64,000 bases of DNA from Octopus sinensis (taxonomy: Eukaryota): contig NC_042997.1 of the NCBI RefSeq assembly GCF_006345805.1, positions 194,680,001-194,744,000 on the forward strand. Reading direction: 5' to 3'. The stretch's first letter is position 1, and each line of letters begins with the position of its first letter. A program made the position numbers and the translations under genes. The notes beneath the pieces are model-generated. The model saw nothing but the letters and a program-made list of their open reading frames with translations, ran no database searches and was not told where the DNA came from. Shown piece after piece: positions 49,999 to 62,058 of the stretch.

Positions 49999-50697
49999 GG
50001 CGTAGGAGTGGCTGTGTGGCATGTAGCTTGCTTACCAACCACATGGTTCTGGGTTCAGTCCCTCTGCATGGCACCTTGGGCAAGTGTCTTCTACTATAGC
50101 CTCGGGACAACCAAAGCCTTGTGAGTGGATTTAGTAGACAGAAACTGAAAGAAGCCCATTGTATATATGTATATATATATATGCGTATGTATATACCCAT
50201 ACATACACATATACATATAAGGCAGTGAGCTGGCAGAAACATTAGCATGCCGGACAAAATGTTCAGCGGTATTTCATCTGTCATTACGTTCTGAGTTCAA
50301 ATTCCACTGAGGTCAACTTTGCCTTTCATCCTTTTGGAGTCGATAAATAAAGTACCAGTTTCGCATTGGGGTCGATGTAATCGACTTAATCCCTTTGTCT
50401 GTCCTTGTTTGTCCCCTCTATGTTTAGCCCCTTGTGGGTAGTACAGAAATATATATGTATATATATGTGTATGTGTGTGTATATGTTTGTGTGTCTGTGT
50501 TTGTCCCCCCAATATCGCTTGACAATAAATGCTGGTGTGTTTACGTCCTTGTAACTTAGTGGTTCAGCAAAAGAGACCGATAGAATAAGTACTAGGCTTA
50601 CAAAGAATAAGTCCTGGGGTTGATTTGCTTGACTAAAGGCGGTGCTCCAGCATGGCCACAGTCAAATGACTGAAACAAGTAAAAGAGTAAAGAGTAA
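49999..50697 (+). mobile_element. SINE family 1 with a family 2 SINE nested in its central (TA)n (about 50220-50450)
   Basis: Family 1 head, family 2 copy, then the family 1 tail resumes. Confidence 0.82.
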
Positions 50698-51169
50698 TGT
50701 TTAGTAATTTCCTCAAGAAGACACTTATCTCTGTCCCTCTATTAAGCTTTAATCCCTCAACCTGCACTCTGCCACCTCCCACAGTACCACTCCCTCTCCC
50801 AGCTGAGCAGGTCTTTGTCTTACAAGTTACTTGGTAACCCCACTGATACTGGTGCTACATAAAAAGCACCTGTGTTGCTGCCACATAAAAAGCAAATGGT
50901 TGGAGTTAGGAAAGGCATTCAGCTGTAGAAAACATGTCAAAGCAGACAATGGAGCCTGGTGCAGTTTTCTGGCTTGCCAACGCCTGTCAAACTATTCGAC
51001 CCATACCAGCATGGAAAATAGACATTAAATGATGATGATGATATAAAGTTTGGCTTTTATTCTTTTGGGAGATGATAAAATATAAGTCAAATACAGACGT
51101 AGATAAAATTGACTAAATTACCTCTTTTAATTCCAGACTATTTTTATCTTCTCATTCCCCTCATTGTTG

Positions 51170-51520
51170 CCAGAGCAGCCAACTGGCTTCCGTACCAGTG
51201 GCACGTACAAGGGCACCATTTCGAGCATGATCGTTACCAACTTCGCTTTACTGGCACCTGTGCCGATGGCACGCGTAAAAAGATTCGAGCGAGGTCATTG
51301 CCAGTACCACCTGACTGGCCCCTGTGCCAGTGGCACGTAAAAAGCACCCACTACATTCTCAGAGTGGTTAGCATTAGGAAGGGTATCCAGCTGTGGAAAC
51401 TTTGCCAGATCAGATTGGAGCCTGGTGCAGCCATCTGGTTCGCCAGCCCTCAGTCAAAATCGTCCAACCCATGCTAGCATGGAAAGCGGACGTTAAACGA
51501 TGTTGATGATGATGATGATC
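51170..51520 (+). mobile_element. Non-autonomous retroelement with ggcacgtaaaaagcaccc motif and (GAT)n tail; further copies near 106-292, 2165-2345, 5385-5545, 9165-9430, 45385-45690, 46865-47045 and 50840-51040
   Basis: Shared 3' end cagctgtagaaa...catgctagcatggaaagcggacgttaaacgatgatgat. Confidence 0.75.
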
Positions 51521-51820
51521 TTTTTATCTTCTCATTCTATTATCGTTATTTTTATCTCATTATTTCATTATCTTTATTTCATTATCATTATCTCATTCTT
51601 TTATCTTTTTATCTTCTCATTCTTCAAACTCCAGTCAAACTATCCAACCCATACCATCATGGAAAATAGCCATTAAATGATGACGATGATATAAAGTTTG
51701 GCTTTTATTCTTTTGGGGGATGATAAAATATAAGTCAAATACTGACGTAGATAAAATTGACTAAACTGCCTTTTCAAATTCCAGACTATTTTTATCTTCT
51801 CATTCTTTTTACATTTTCAG

Positions 51821-51985
51821 GTAAATCTCAAGGCCCCAAACAGAGAGAGAACCGTAAAAGCTGTTGAAGCAAATGCTCATAGAAATGTCTTTGATGATGC
51901 CCAAAAGGAAATCTATGACTTCATGCAACGGGATCCCTACGTTCGATTTTTGAAATCTGAACAATATGCCAACGCATGTGCATAA
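51821..51985 (+). CDS. RGS-domain protein, last coding exon
   Basis: ttttcag|VNLKAPNRERTVKAVEANAHRNVFDDAQKEIYDFMQRDPYVRFLKSEQYANACA*; RGS VN and FD.AQ..I...M..D.Y.RFL.S motifs. Confidence 0.93.
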   Translation, partial: VNLKAPNRERTVKAVEANAHRNVFDDAQKEIYDFMQRDPYVRFLKSEQYANACA

Positions 51986-53097
51986 GTGCTCATTTAAATT
52001 AATATACATACATATATATATATATATATTCTCCCATTTCTTTGTATTTTATCAGAGTTTTATATACATACAATTATTTTACAATAACTAGAATATCTGG
52101 TATCACAAGTTATTGAAATAATAGTGGAAATATAAGATAGAAGAGACTGGATTTAAAGAGGCATAACTAATATAACCAAAGTGCAGTCTGAAGGTGAATT
52201 TTCTCTCTTCTGTATACATCACTGTTTTGCTATATGATTGTATTGTATAATGTATGTTCATATATATTGTATATATGTATTTCTGCATCAAAGTTAATAA
52301 TTTAATTGCAAGTAAATTATGAAACAGCTGTAGATTCTACAGAAATATTAAAATTTTTTGCCTCTCACATCTGCTTTTTATTTTTTTTGGTGTTATACAA
52401 CACACACACACACACATACTATATATATATATATATAGGAGATAATGGTGTCATTGAGACTCAAAGGTGTCAGGTATTGCTGAATAAGTGCTATAGACAG
52501 ACCATAGTTAAGTTCCAGATTCAGTAATATTGCGAATGAAGGGTTCAACATTGGTTCTATGTCAGCGTGTGTATATAAGAATTTTTTGCGTAATAAGATA
52601 AAAAACCATGGCTGTGTAAATATTAGAGCACTTATAGATAAATATAAATGCTCTAATATCTATACAGCCTTGGTTTTTTATATTACGCAAAAAATTCTTA
52701 TATATATATGTGTAGTGATAATCAGTGTACAAATTAACAAACCATTTCTAATAGTTTCATGATAATAGAGTCAAAAACCTTATCAATCTTTGCCAGTCTT
52801 ATATTGTCCAAAGATTGGTTAACTTTTTAACTCTGCTATGAACAATGAATAATGATATGTTAGTTCATAGACCCGAGAGTAAGAAACAGAAAGGGAAAAG
52901 AGTACCAAATATTTAAAGAAGAGTGATAGAATTTGTTGGAAGCTGAACATTGTTCTGAGTTTCTTAATGCTGATCTCCAGATGATTATGAAAAAACAAAA
53001 ATAGAACAAAGAATTTCATACATGAAGAATATACAATAGAAATTTCTGAATTTCACATCAACTGCTGGTTGGTTGGTAGGTATGGAATTATAAAGGA

Positions 53098-53491
53098 CTA
53101 GCAGTATCACCCGGCATTGATCGGGTTTGTTTCGACCCTTTAGAATTGGAATTTTTGAAAAGTAAAAATTTTGCATGAGGTAGCTTGTTATTCTCTTTAA
53201 GTGAACATTTTTCTGGTTGAAATACACCGAAAAATGACGACACAGCAGTCAAAAAATCGTAAAAAATAGGGATTTTCATAGAAAAAAAAAGCACCTTTTT
53301 GATGTGAATAATTTTTGGTGATAATATGGTCCGATTTGAATTTTTTCTTCTACGGAAGGAAGAGCAAGCCTTCTTCTATCATACTCTCAATTTTGGTCAA
53401 CTTGCACTGCAGGGTCTTGGAGAAGATAGTGTTAGTTGAAGGCTACCAAACCTGCCATACACAGACAACTTCAGCCTTAGAGAGAGAGAGA
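53098..53491 (-). mobile_element. Non-autonomous Helitron
   Basis: A|TC...hairpin...CTAG|T on the minus strand; highly similar to 59361-59748. Confidence 0.78.
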
Positions 53492-54590
53492 TTACTATTG
53501 GTTAATGATTTCACTGTCAACTGAATGGTAGGAGATATTTAGTATGAAATGAAAATAGACATGATTTTATAATGCAATATGGTATGTACAAAAGCATATA
53601 TGTTTATATATGAAAAACATATAATATATATATTGACTATGTATACACGCACATGCACACACATAAATAAACACACTGACACACATATACATACAATCTT
53701 ATATGTATGCATACATAAATGTAAAAGAAAAGAGGAAGATTTGAAACTCTTAGTGTCATTAAAAGCAGAGATTTAAACAAAATTGTATTTCGTTTTTGGA
53801 TTTGGTTTGCCAGATTCTTTATATGAATTCGTGTGTTGAAGCATGTTCTGTTGTATCTGGGGAGAGTCATTTTCTTTTTGTGCCTTATAATTTAACACAC
53901 ACATCGGTAAAATTTCCACTTGTTTCTTATTTTTATTTTCCTTGAAAAGGTTGCAAGGCGCAACGAAAATTTTAGGAAAATATAAATAAGAAATAAGTGG
54001 AAATTTTACCGGTGAGTGTGTTACATTATAAGGCACAAAAAGAAAATGACTCTCCCCAGACAAAACAAAACAAAATTGTATTATTCCAATAATTCCAGTC
54101 CTTGGAGAGGTTTGTGTCATCACCCTTACGACTTATTTCGTTCTAACCAAGAATTTCTTTAGAAGAACACTTTTTGAACATAATCTCATCCATTAAAAGC
54201 AATCTGTTTCAAGACTTATTCTGTTTTTTGGGGGGCTTTTTTTATTACTTTTTGAATGGATACGGGATCAGTTGTGTTTAAAAACTGCACTGTCAGTTTT
54301 GAATTTAAAATAGTATATTATTGACGTTATTTGAAAATTATAATGAATGAAATGTGTGTTTAGATATACCTGGTTATTGTCGGTAGTCTTCAAAATACCT
54401 TACTTCATAATTATGTAACAACTTATTTTATCTTCTGACAAGTTGTGGTGCACCTGAGCACTGTATACAATAATTTCATTATTATTATTATTTATTATTT
54501 TTTTTATCTCTGCTTTTAATGGTACGAAATCGTTACGAGTTATTTCCCTTGCATTTGTCTTTTTTTTTTTTAGACATATACATACATACG

Positions 54591-54640
<50 letters not shown>

Positions 54641-55492
54641 GTAGAAGACACTTGCCCAAGGTGCCACGCAGTGGGACTTAACCCGGAACCATGTGGTTCG
54701 AAAGCAAGCTACTTACCACTCCTACACCTTATTATAATGTTTAATCTAGATATAATGAAATTTTAAGGCTTCATTTTTTTTTATGTTAATAATATTAGGT
54801 TAATATTTATTACACTACAGAGGGTGGCGAGCTGGCAGAATTGTTACGCCAGGCGAAATGCTTAGCGGTATTTTGTCTGCCGTTACGTTCTGATTGCAAA
54901 TTCTGCCAAGGTCGACTTTGCCTTCCATCTTTTCGAGGTCAATTAAATAAGCACCAGTCATGCACTGGAGTCAATGTAATTGACTTAATCCCTTTGTTTG
55001 TCTCCTCTGTGCTTAGACCCCTGTAGGCATTAAAGAAATAAATATCCATTATACTGCTAAGGTAACGAGATGGCTGAATCATTAGATTGCAGCATAAAAT
55101 ACTTATTAGTGTTTCTTGTTTTTACATTCTGAGTTCAAATTCTGCCAAGGTCGACTTTGCTTTTCACCCGTTTCGGGCTCGATAAAATGAGTACCAGCTG
55201 AGAAATAGGGACAAGGTAACTGACTTAGCTCCATCCTTGAAATTGCTGGCTTTGTGCCAAAATTTGAAACCAGTATTTATTACACTGTTAACTTATGGAA
55301 CATAAATGCAGACACCATGTTTTTGAAGTAGTGTCATGCATAAAAACAGATACATACAAATACATAATACAAATACATACACACACACATATAAAAGTGA
55401 GTCTGGAGGTCATTATAATATGCTGTATAAAATCATGAAATAAATTTTCTGGATGAACAAGTCTCCGTAATCTTTATTATAAATAATCATAT

Positions 55493-55530
<38 letters not shown>

Positions 55531-55531
<1 letters not shown>

Positions 55532-55710
55532 GGGAGAATTCACAAAAAAAAAACAAAAGACGAAGACAGGTGGTGTAGACAACAAACAGAGGTACTAGTA
55601 TAACGCTCAGGAAGGGAAAAAGTCTTTAATGTTTCAAGCCTACGCTCTTCCGCAGAAAGAAACAAGGAGAGAAAATAAAGAATGTGTAGTGGCTTGCGAT
55701 CTATCATGGC

Positions 55711-55712
<2 letters not shown>
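55531..55712 (-). mobile_element. Probable Penelope-like terminal fragment between (TA)n tracts with a decayed hammerhead-like motif
   Basis: Minus 55623-55660 reads UCUUU CUGCGGA AGAGC GUAG GCUU GAAA CAUU AAAGA; flanked by (TA)n. Confidence 0.4.
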
Positions 55713-55745
<33 letters not shown>

Positions 55746-57788
55746 TATATAGATATATAGATAGATAGATAGATACATGCAAATATACATATTTAAATAT
55801 GACATATATAAATGTGTGTGTGTGTGTAGTGTGTATGTATCTACAAGGAAAATGTTGGTAATTCAAAATTTTGGCTCTCTTGCATTTATTCACATGTAAA
55901 GTTTTTCTTTTTTTAGAGCGAAAAGGGGGATTTCTAGACCTCTCATATATTTTTTACTTTGTCATATGAGTGGGAGCTAGTGGTTGCAATGCAGGTATTG
56001 TTTATTAGTGGGTTTTGCAGCATATAAAGGTGTTTCTTTATACACAAGAGAAATACACTATTAAACCATTTACAATGCAACCACTAACCCTCACTCACAT
56101 GATGATCAAAAAATATATACAAGCCCTTGAAAATCAAAAAAAAAATAAGTTAGTCTGTTGAAGGCAACCGTGTCAAAATTTCAAATTCATTGGCAACCGT
56201 TTTCTTGTAATAATAAATGTGATTCTTAAATATATTGGTATAACAATTTTATTTATGAGTATGCATTACTCTGACCCAACCAGCTATAAAAAATAAATTC
56301 TATCGTCGTCTCCATGAATAAAATACAAACCTCATATTCTTGCACTCCATGGACATTGAATTGCAGATTCGTTGAATGTACCGCTACACATCAGGAATCA
56401 AAAAATTCGGCACGAAAAACCAAGCTAAAATTTAAGCTAAACATTGATTTTTCATTATCAGGTTAATTATAGTTATTTCTCCTTAATAAAGATAAGCTCT
56501 TGTGCATACATCCCTGAAAACTTTTTTTAATTACAAATTACTGCACTATATGTTTAACATACAAGGTTTTCGTTAATTAATGCTTTATGTATCATACTGA
56601 TTAACACACGTCCCAGACTCTCACAGATATTACGAAATAATCAACAAATGTTCTGTTAAGAATAGCTATAGTTATATGAGGGAAAGACTTCCGTCTGTCT
56701 CCCCCCCCCCCTATTTTCTCCCAATTTGTTTATTTTTGTAATTTTTTTTTGCCAAAAATCCCCGCTTTTGGATATGGAGGTTCCGGAAAATTGACAAAAA
56801 TCGGCATTGTGACCCCCCCCCCCCAACTTCTTCAATTTTGACTTTTTTCCCCAACACTAACCCCAAAGCCCTAACCCTAAAACCATGAATCTAACCCTAA
56901 AACCCTAACTCTAACCCCAAAACCCTAAACGTAAGTACAGAAATGTTTTGAAATTTTGTCCGAATCATGACGTCCGTATTTTTCTACATATTTAGAAAAA
57001 AAAAAAATTCTTAAAAAAAAAAATTTTACTAAGAGTTTTGGAAAATTTTTTCAGAATCATAATCTCCGTATTTTTCCGCATATTTTGAAAAAAAAATTGT
57101 GAAAAAAGTTTTAAAATGAAGGAAATGGGTGTGGGGGTGGTAATTTAGAAATGTCGATTTTTGCCAATTTTTTTGCAGATTCGTATTCCCCGTAGCCAAA
57201 AGGGGTGGGTGTCTAAAAAAAGTTTAAAGGGTGGGGGGTTTTTGTGAGGGAACAAAAAATGATAAATTTATAATTTCAACTGGAGATCTGTAAACGCCAC
57301 AGAAAAAAAAAAAACCCAGCGAAAATGGAATTTCAAAGACACGAATAAGTCGCTCTTTTGATAAAACTGGTCTCATAAGGATTGGGATACAGAGCACATT
57401 AGAATCAGTATAAAGTACAGTGAAACTATACCAGGTTTAGTTTCAAAACTTAATACAAAAGATCATACTCGTTCGTTTCGCTCCAAGAATATGTACAATA
57501 CCATGTCCTTTCGAAACACATTTGGCTTTCAAAACAGAGACGAAATATTTCATATGAAGAAGCAGTATATAATTTAGCTATTGTACAACTGTGAAATTTT
57601 TATACGTAGAGTTGAACGAAACAACCGCATTATTTAGTTACAACCCTTAACGTTCTAAGTTCAAGTCCCACCAAAGTTAACATTGTCTTTTACGTTTCAA
57701 GGGTCGATCAAATACTGAACACTAGATTGCTTTAAATTCCTATTAAACATCTTAGACGAGAATACAATTGGAATAGAAGACTAATACC

Positions 57789-57972
57789 TATTTTTTTTAC
57801 TACCCAGAAGGGGCTAAATACAGAGGGAACAAACAAAGACAGACGAACGGATTAAGTCGATAACATCGACTCCAGTACGCAACTGGTACGTAATTTATCG
57901 ACCCCGAAAGGATGAAAGGCAAAGTCGACCTCGGCGGAATTTGAACTCAGAACGTAACGGCAGACGAAATAC
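57789..57972 (-). mobile_element. SINE family 2 head-less monomer
   Basis: Begins at the internal gtatttcgtctgcc; TSD aatagaagactaatacc at 57772-57788 and 57978-57994. Confidence 0.85.
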
Positions 57973-58478
57973 ATTGTAATAGAAGACTAATACCAACGGA
58001 AGGTGGATAAAACTATGTACAGGTTTATTGTACTTTTAAACAACTTAAAAGTTGTAAAATCAGACAATGAAAGACCATGTAATGCCATTGAATTTTTACA
58101 TGGCTCACACCAGTCTTCATTCCCTTAAGCTTTTGTTTGGTTACGGAAGTCCTCATGTACGTAAAGAAAATTTGCAGGCGCGAGGAGTGATCTAATTAAA
58201 ATTTTGCAGCTAATTCAATCAAGCAAGGAAACGTTTATCTGCTGAAGGTTAAATGAGCGGGCAACGCCTAAGTTTGTTACTTTCCCGCTCTTTCTTTGTT
58301 GTAATTCGATTTAATATGATTTAAGTAAGTCAAAATGCGAGCAGTAAATAGATCCTGTTCACAACAATAGCCTCGCTTCGTTTACAAATGCATCATCAGG
58401 TATCTATTTGATGCCAAGTAGTGAATGCTAAAATATTGCTTTTTATTTTCCTTCAGGTCTTTCTTCCAGTACACCGCT

Positions 58479-58774
58479 GGTACTACTTGAGAACAGTGGT
58501 CCCGGTGCGCGCACTCGCGCTAGCTAGTCATGACTAGTCGATCCTTACTTTGTGCTTTTGTGTGTTATTTACTTTGTTTTAAAAATTATTTACTTTGTGT
58601 TTTTGTGTTTTATTTACTTTGTTTAGCCAAAAATTATTTACTTTGTGTAAAAAAAATCATTTATTTTGTGTTTTATTTACTTTGCTAGGTAGTCGTTGTA
58701 GGATCGACTAGTCACGTCTAGCTTGCGCGACTGCGCGTGTGCGCACACCGGGACCGCTGTTCGCTAGTAGTACC
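58479..58774. mobile_element. GGTAC-family MITE, uninterrupted copy
   Basis: TIRs ggtactacttgagaacagtggtcccgg / ccgggaccgctgttcgctagtagtacc; TSD tacaccgct/tacaccgat; internal repeats of ttttatttactttg. Confidence 0.8.
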
Positions 58775-59360
58775 TACACCGATTATAATGGCAATGATCA
58801 TCATGATCATGACGATTACGACTACAACGACACGACGATGATGATGATGACGACAACGACGACGATGACGATAAAGATTCCTATAAAAAGACAAAAAAAT
58901 ATTGCCATTATTTTACCATTTTTCTCTTGCCGCTTCAAACGTGACCTAATTCTACGAAACACCACCAGACTCTCATATCTATATTTAAGTGTATGATTAT
59001 GTTTATAACATCACAAACTACCCGTCTTTATACATGGATTACGTATTTATTAATCGGCTCATTTAATTTATACAGAAACATTTTCAGGCTGTACAAATAA
59101 AAGTATGTCTGCATAAGCAAAATGATATCTGACAAGTTGATATCAATTCAGCGCATCAGAGATTTATAGTTATATCATAGCAGAATGGTATCTGTAACAT
59201 AAATTTTACTCTGACTCATCCATTTTACTTACTACTCCTGTAAGTGTAAGCTCATTTTAATTGCAGCATTCTTGTTTAAAATAAAGTAGTCAAACATGTA
59301 GAAATCTTCCATTTTTTACCTCTTTTTTTTTTTTTGCGTATGTCAAACTATATCTTTATA

Positions 59361-59748
59361 CTAGCAGTATCACCCGGCGTTGCTCGGGTTTGTTTTGACC
59401 CTTTAGAATTGGAATTTTTGAAAAGTACAAATTTTTGCATTATGTAGCTTGTTATTCTCTTTAAGTGAACATTTTTCTGGTTGAAATACACCGAAAAATG
59501 GTGACACAGCAGTCAAAAAATCGTAAAAAATAGGGATTTTCATAGAAAAAAAGCACCTTTTTGATGTAAATAATTTTTGGTGTTAACATGGTCCGATTTG
59601 AATTTTTTCTTCTACGGAAGGAAGAGCAAACCTTCTATCATACTCTCAATTTTGGTCAACTTGCGTCGCAGGGTCTCGGAGGAGATAGTGTTAGTTGAAG
59701 GCTACCAAACCTGCCATACACAGACAACTTCAGCTTTATATAGAGAGA
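59361..59748 (-). mobile_element. Non-autonomous Helitron
   Basis: A|TC...cccgagcaacgccggg hairpin...CTAG|T on the minus strand. Confidence 0.8.
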
Positions 59749-60315
59749 TTAGATTTTTTGTCATATTTTTCTTGGACCCTTCGAATTATAAGACCAGTTA
59801 CTCAATAAGCGACCAATATCACAACATTCCCCCAAGTGAGACATAGGTCCGTTGCAGGGATGTTAGATTTATACAGAAAGGATGGAAAAACTTATGTTAT
59901 TCGGCAATTAGAAAACCAAGGATCAGGACATGAATAGCCACCAGCAGTGATATCTGTGTAAGATAAGCTGCAGCGTCATTTCCCAGTGATATCCTTATAC
60001 AACTAGACGGACTGGCTGTGAAGAGTTAAATCTCTGTAGCATAAACACATAGCGGTGAGTATGGAATATAAACCATATACCATTTGGATAGTATGGAGTG
60101 TGCGACCAGTGCAGGGTGGCCTCAGAGGTGGAGTAGCATGTTGAAGGCATACTACGTTTAAAGAAAGGATCGGCCGATTTGGCTACCATACAGAGCGACC
60201 AAACTCCTCTCCCTGTCCCGTGCCAGGACAATTACCTCCCATAGGACAATTCCCCAACTACTCCTAGGAAATTACCATCTCCCCCTGCTTAATTACCCCA
60301 TCTTTACTATTTTAT

Positions 60316-60707
60316 TTTACTTGTTTCAGTCATTTGATTGTGGCCATGCAGGAGCACCACCTTTAGTCGAGCAAATCGACCCCAGGACTTATTCTTTGTA
60401 AGCCTAGTACTTATTCTATCGGTCGCTTTTGCCGAACCGCTAAGTTACAGGGACGTAAACACACCAGCATCGGTTGTCAAGCGATGTTGGTGGGGACAAA
60501 CACAGAGACGCAAACACACACACACACATACACATATATATATACGACGGGCTTCTTTCAGTTTCCGTCTGCCAAATTCACTTACAAGGCTTTGGTCGAC
60601 CCGAGGCTATAGTAGAAGACACTTGCCCAAGGTGCCACGCAGTGGGACTGAACCCGGAACCATGTGGTTCGTAAATAAGCTACTTACCACACAGCCACTC
60701 CTACGCC
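60316..60707 (-). mobile_element. SINE family 1, full length
   Basis: Family 1 on the minus strand. Confidence 0.86.
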
Positions 60708-61701
60708 TACGTCTCAAATATATTAAGTTTTAAATCATCATCTGTTGTCCTCAGGGGTAGGTGGGTTATTGTCCGTGGAGAGTAAATGTCCTAGACTCCC
60801 TGTCCACGCTCCGCCACTGCCATATACTCAGCCAGCTATTGTTGCCAAGATTTATTAAAAGATAAGTGTATTGGTTTATCTCAGTTGTTGTAATTTAGTT
60901 TTTGAAGGCGCAGGAGTGGCTGTGTGGTAAGTAGCTTACTTACCAACCACATGGTTCCGGGTTCAGTCCCACTGCTTGGTACTTTGAGCAAGTGCCTTCT
61001 ACTATAGCCTCCAGAAGTTAGGTTAAATATATATACATAAGTACCGTGAATTCCCATTCTACAAACTGGCAAACAATTCCGTGAATATTTTACCAGGTAA
61101 TGCTGGGTAGTAAGTCTAGTAAATATTTAAAACTGGTGCTTTCGAATGAAGACTCTTGTAAGATTGGTTTATTCTGAACGAAATTCCTGTGTCAGTCTCT
61201 CATTACCAGAAATACGGTGAACCAGTGACTGGCTCATTGGAAATATGTACCGTAATTCCTCGAGTATAATCCGCATTTTCCCCCCAAAATTTAAAGGTAA
61301 AAATTCCCAGTGCGTACTATATACGAGGTTAAAATGAAAATTATTTTCTAAGCAATGTCCGAGTCTCTATTTGTTGTCTGGCAATGTTTATTCAGACGCA
61401 TTTTGTGATGTCGGGTGTGAAAATACCATTAGCTAAGCCTGAAAGCAATGAAGTCAACTTGCAGCAAGCAACATTTATAAAACGTTATTACTGTTATTTC
61501 TTTATTTTCTGCAAACAGAAGGTACAAAAATGCTACACGTTTGCATTATGTTATATATACAATAAAAAAAAAGGACATTACACCCTAACTAACCCTAACC
61601 CCAAAACAGATTGAAATGCAATAGATCGATACTAGGGTCATAATTATGGGTGACAATTTCATATGACACCGCTAGAAAAAACTGCCGTTCAAACCGAAAA
61701 G

Positions 61702-61736
<35 letters not shown>

Positions 61737-61915
61737 AATATTAGGGAATAAATCCAAATTTACAGGGAAAAATAAGATTTAGGACTGAATCCAATTTTAT
61801 AGTAAAATATTATATAATATTAATTAGAGACAAAACCACTATTATGCAAATCAAACAAAGAAAGACTTAATCCAATACATAAAAAATTTTATATAGATTA
61901 AATAAAATTAAATTC

Positions 61916-61963
61916 GCCACTACAATTGTTTCGTGTCTCTTCTAAGGACATTCATCAGGTGGT
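61916..61963 (-). ncRNA. Minimal type-I hammerhead ribozyme motif (Penelope-like), better-paired copy
   Basis: Minus strand reads ACCAC CUGAUGA AUGUC CUUAGAAGA GACAC GAAA CAAUUG UA GUGGC. Core CUGAUGA/GAAA, stem I CCAC/GUGG, stem II UGUC/GACA, palindromic ACAAUUGU stem III, GUA cleavage triplet. Confidence 0.72.
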
Positions 61964-62010
61964 ATTCAGATCTTCTATTCAATTTTAAGTTATGAATAGA
62001 AGATCTGAAT

Positions 62011-62058
62011 ACCACCTGATGAATGTCCTTAGAAGAGACACGAAACAATTGTAGTAGC
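62011..62058 (+). ncRNA. Minimal type-I hammerhead ribozyme motif, mirror copy with one stem I mismatch
   Basis: ACCAC CUGAUGA AUGUC CUUAGAAGA GACAC GAAA CAAUUG UA GUAGC; identical to the left-arm copy except GUAG for GUGG in stem I. Confidence 0.65.
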
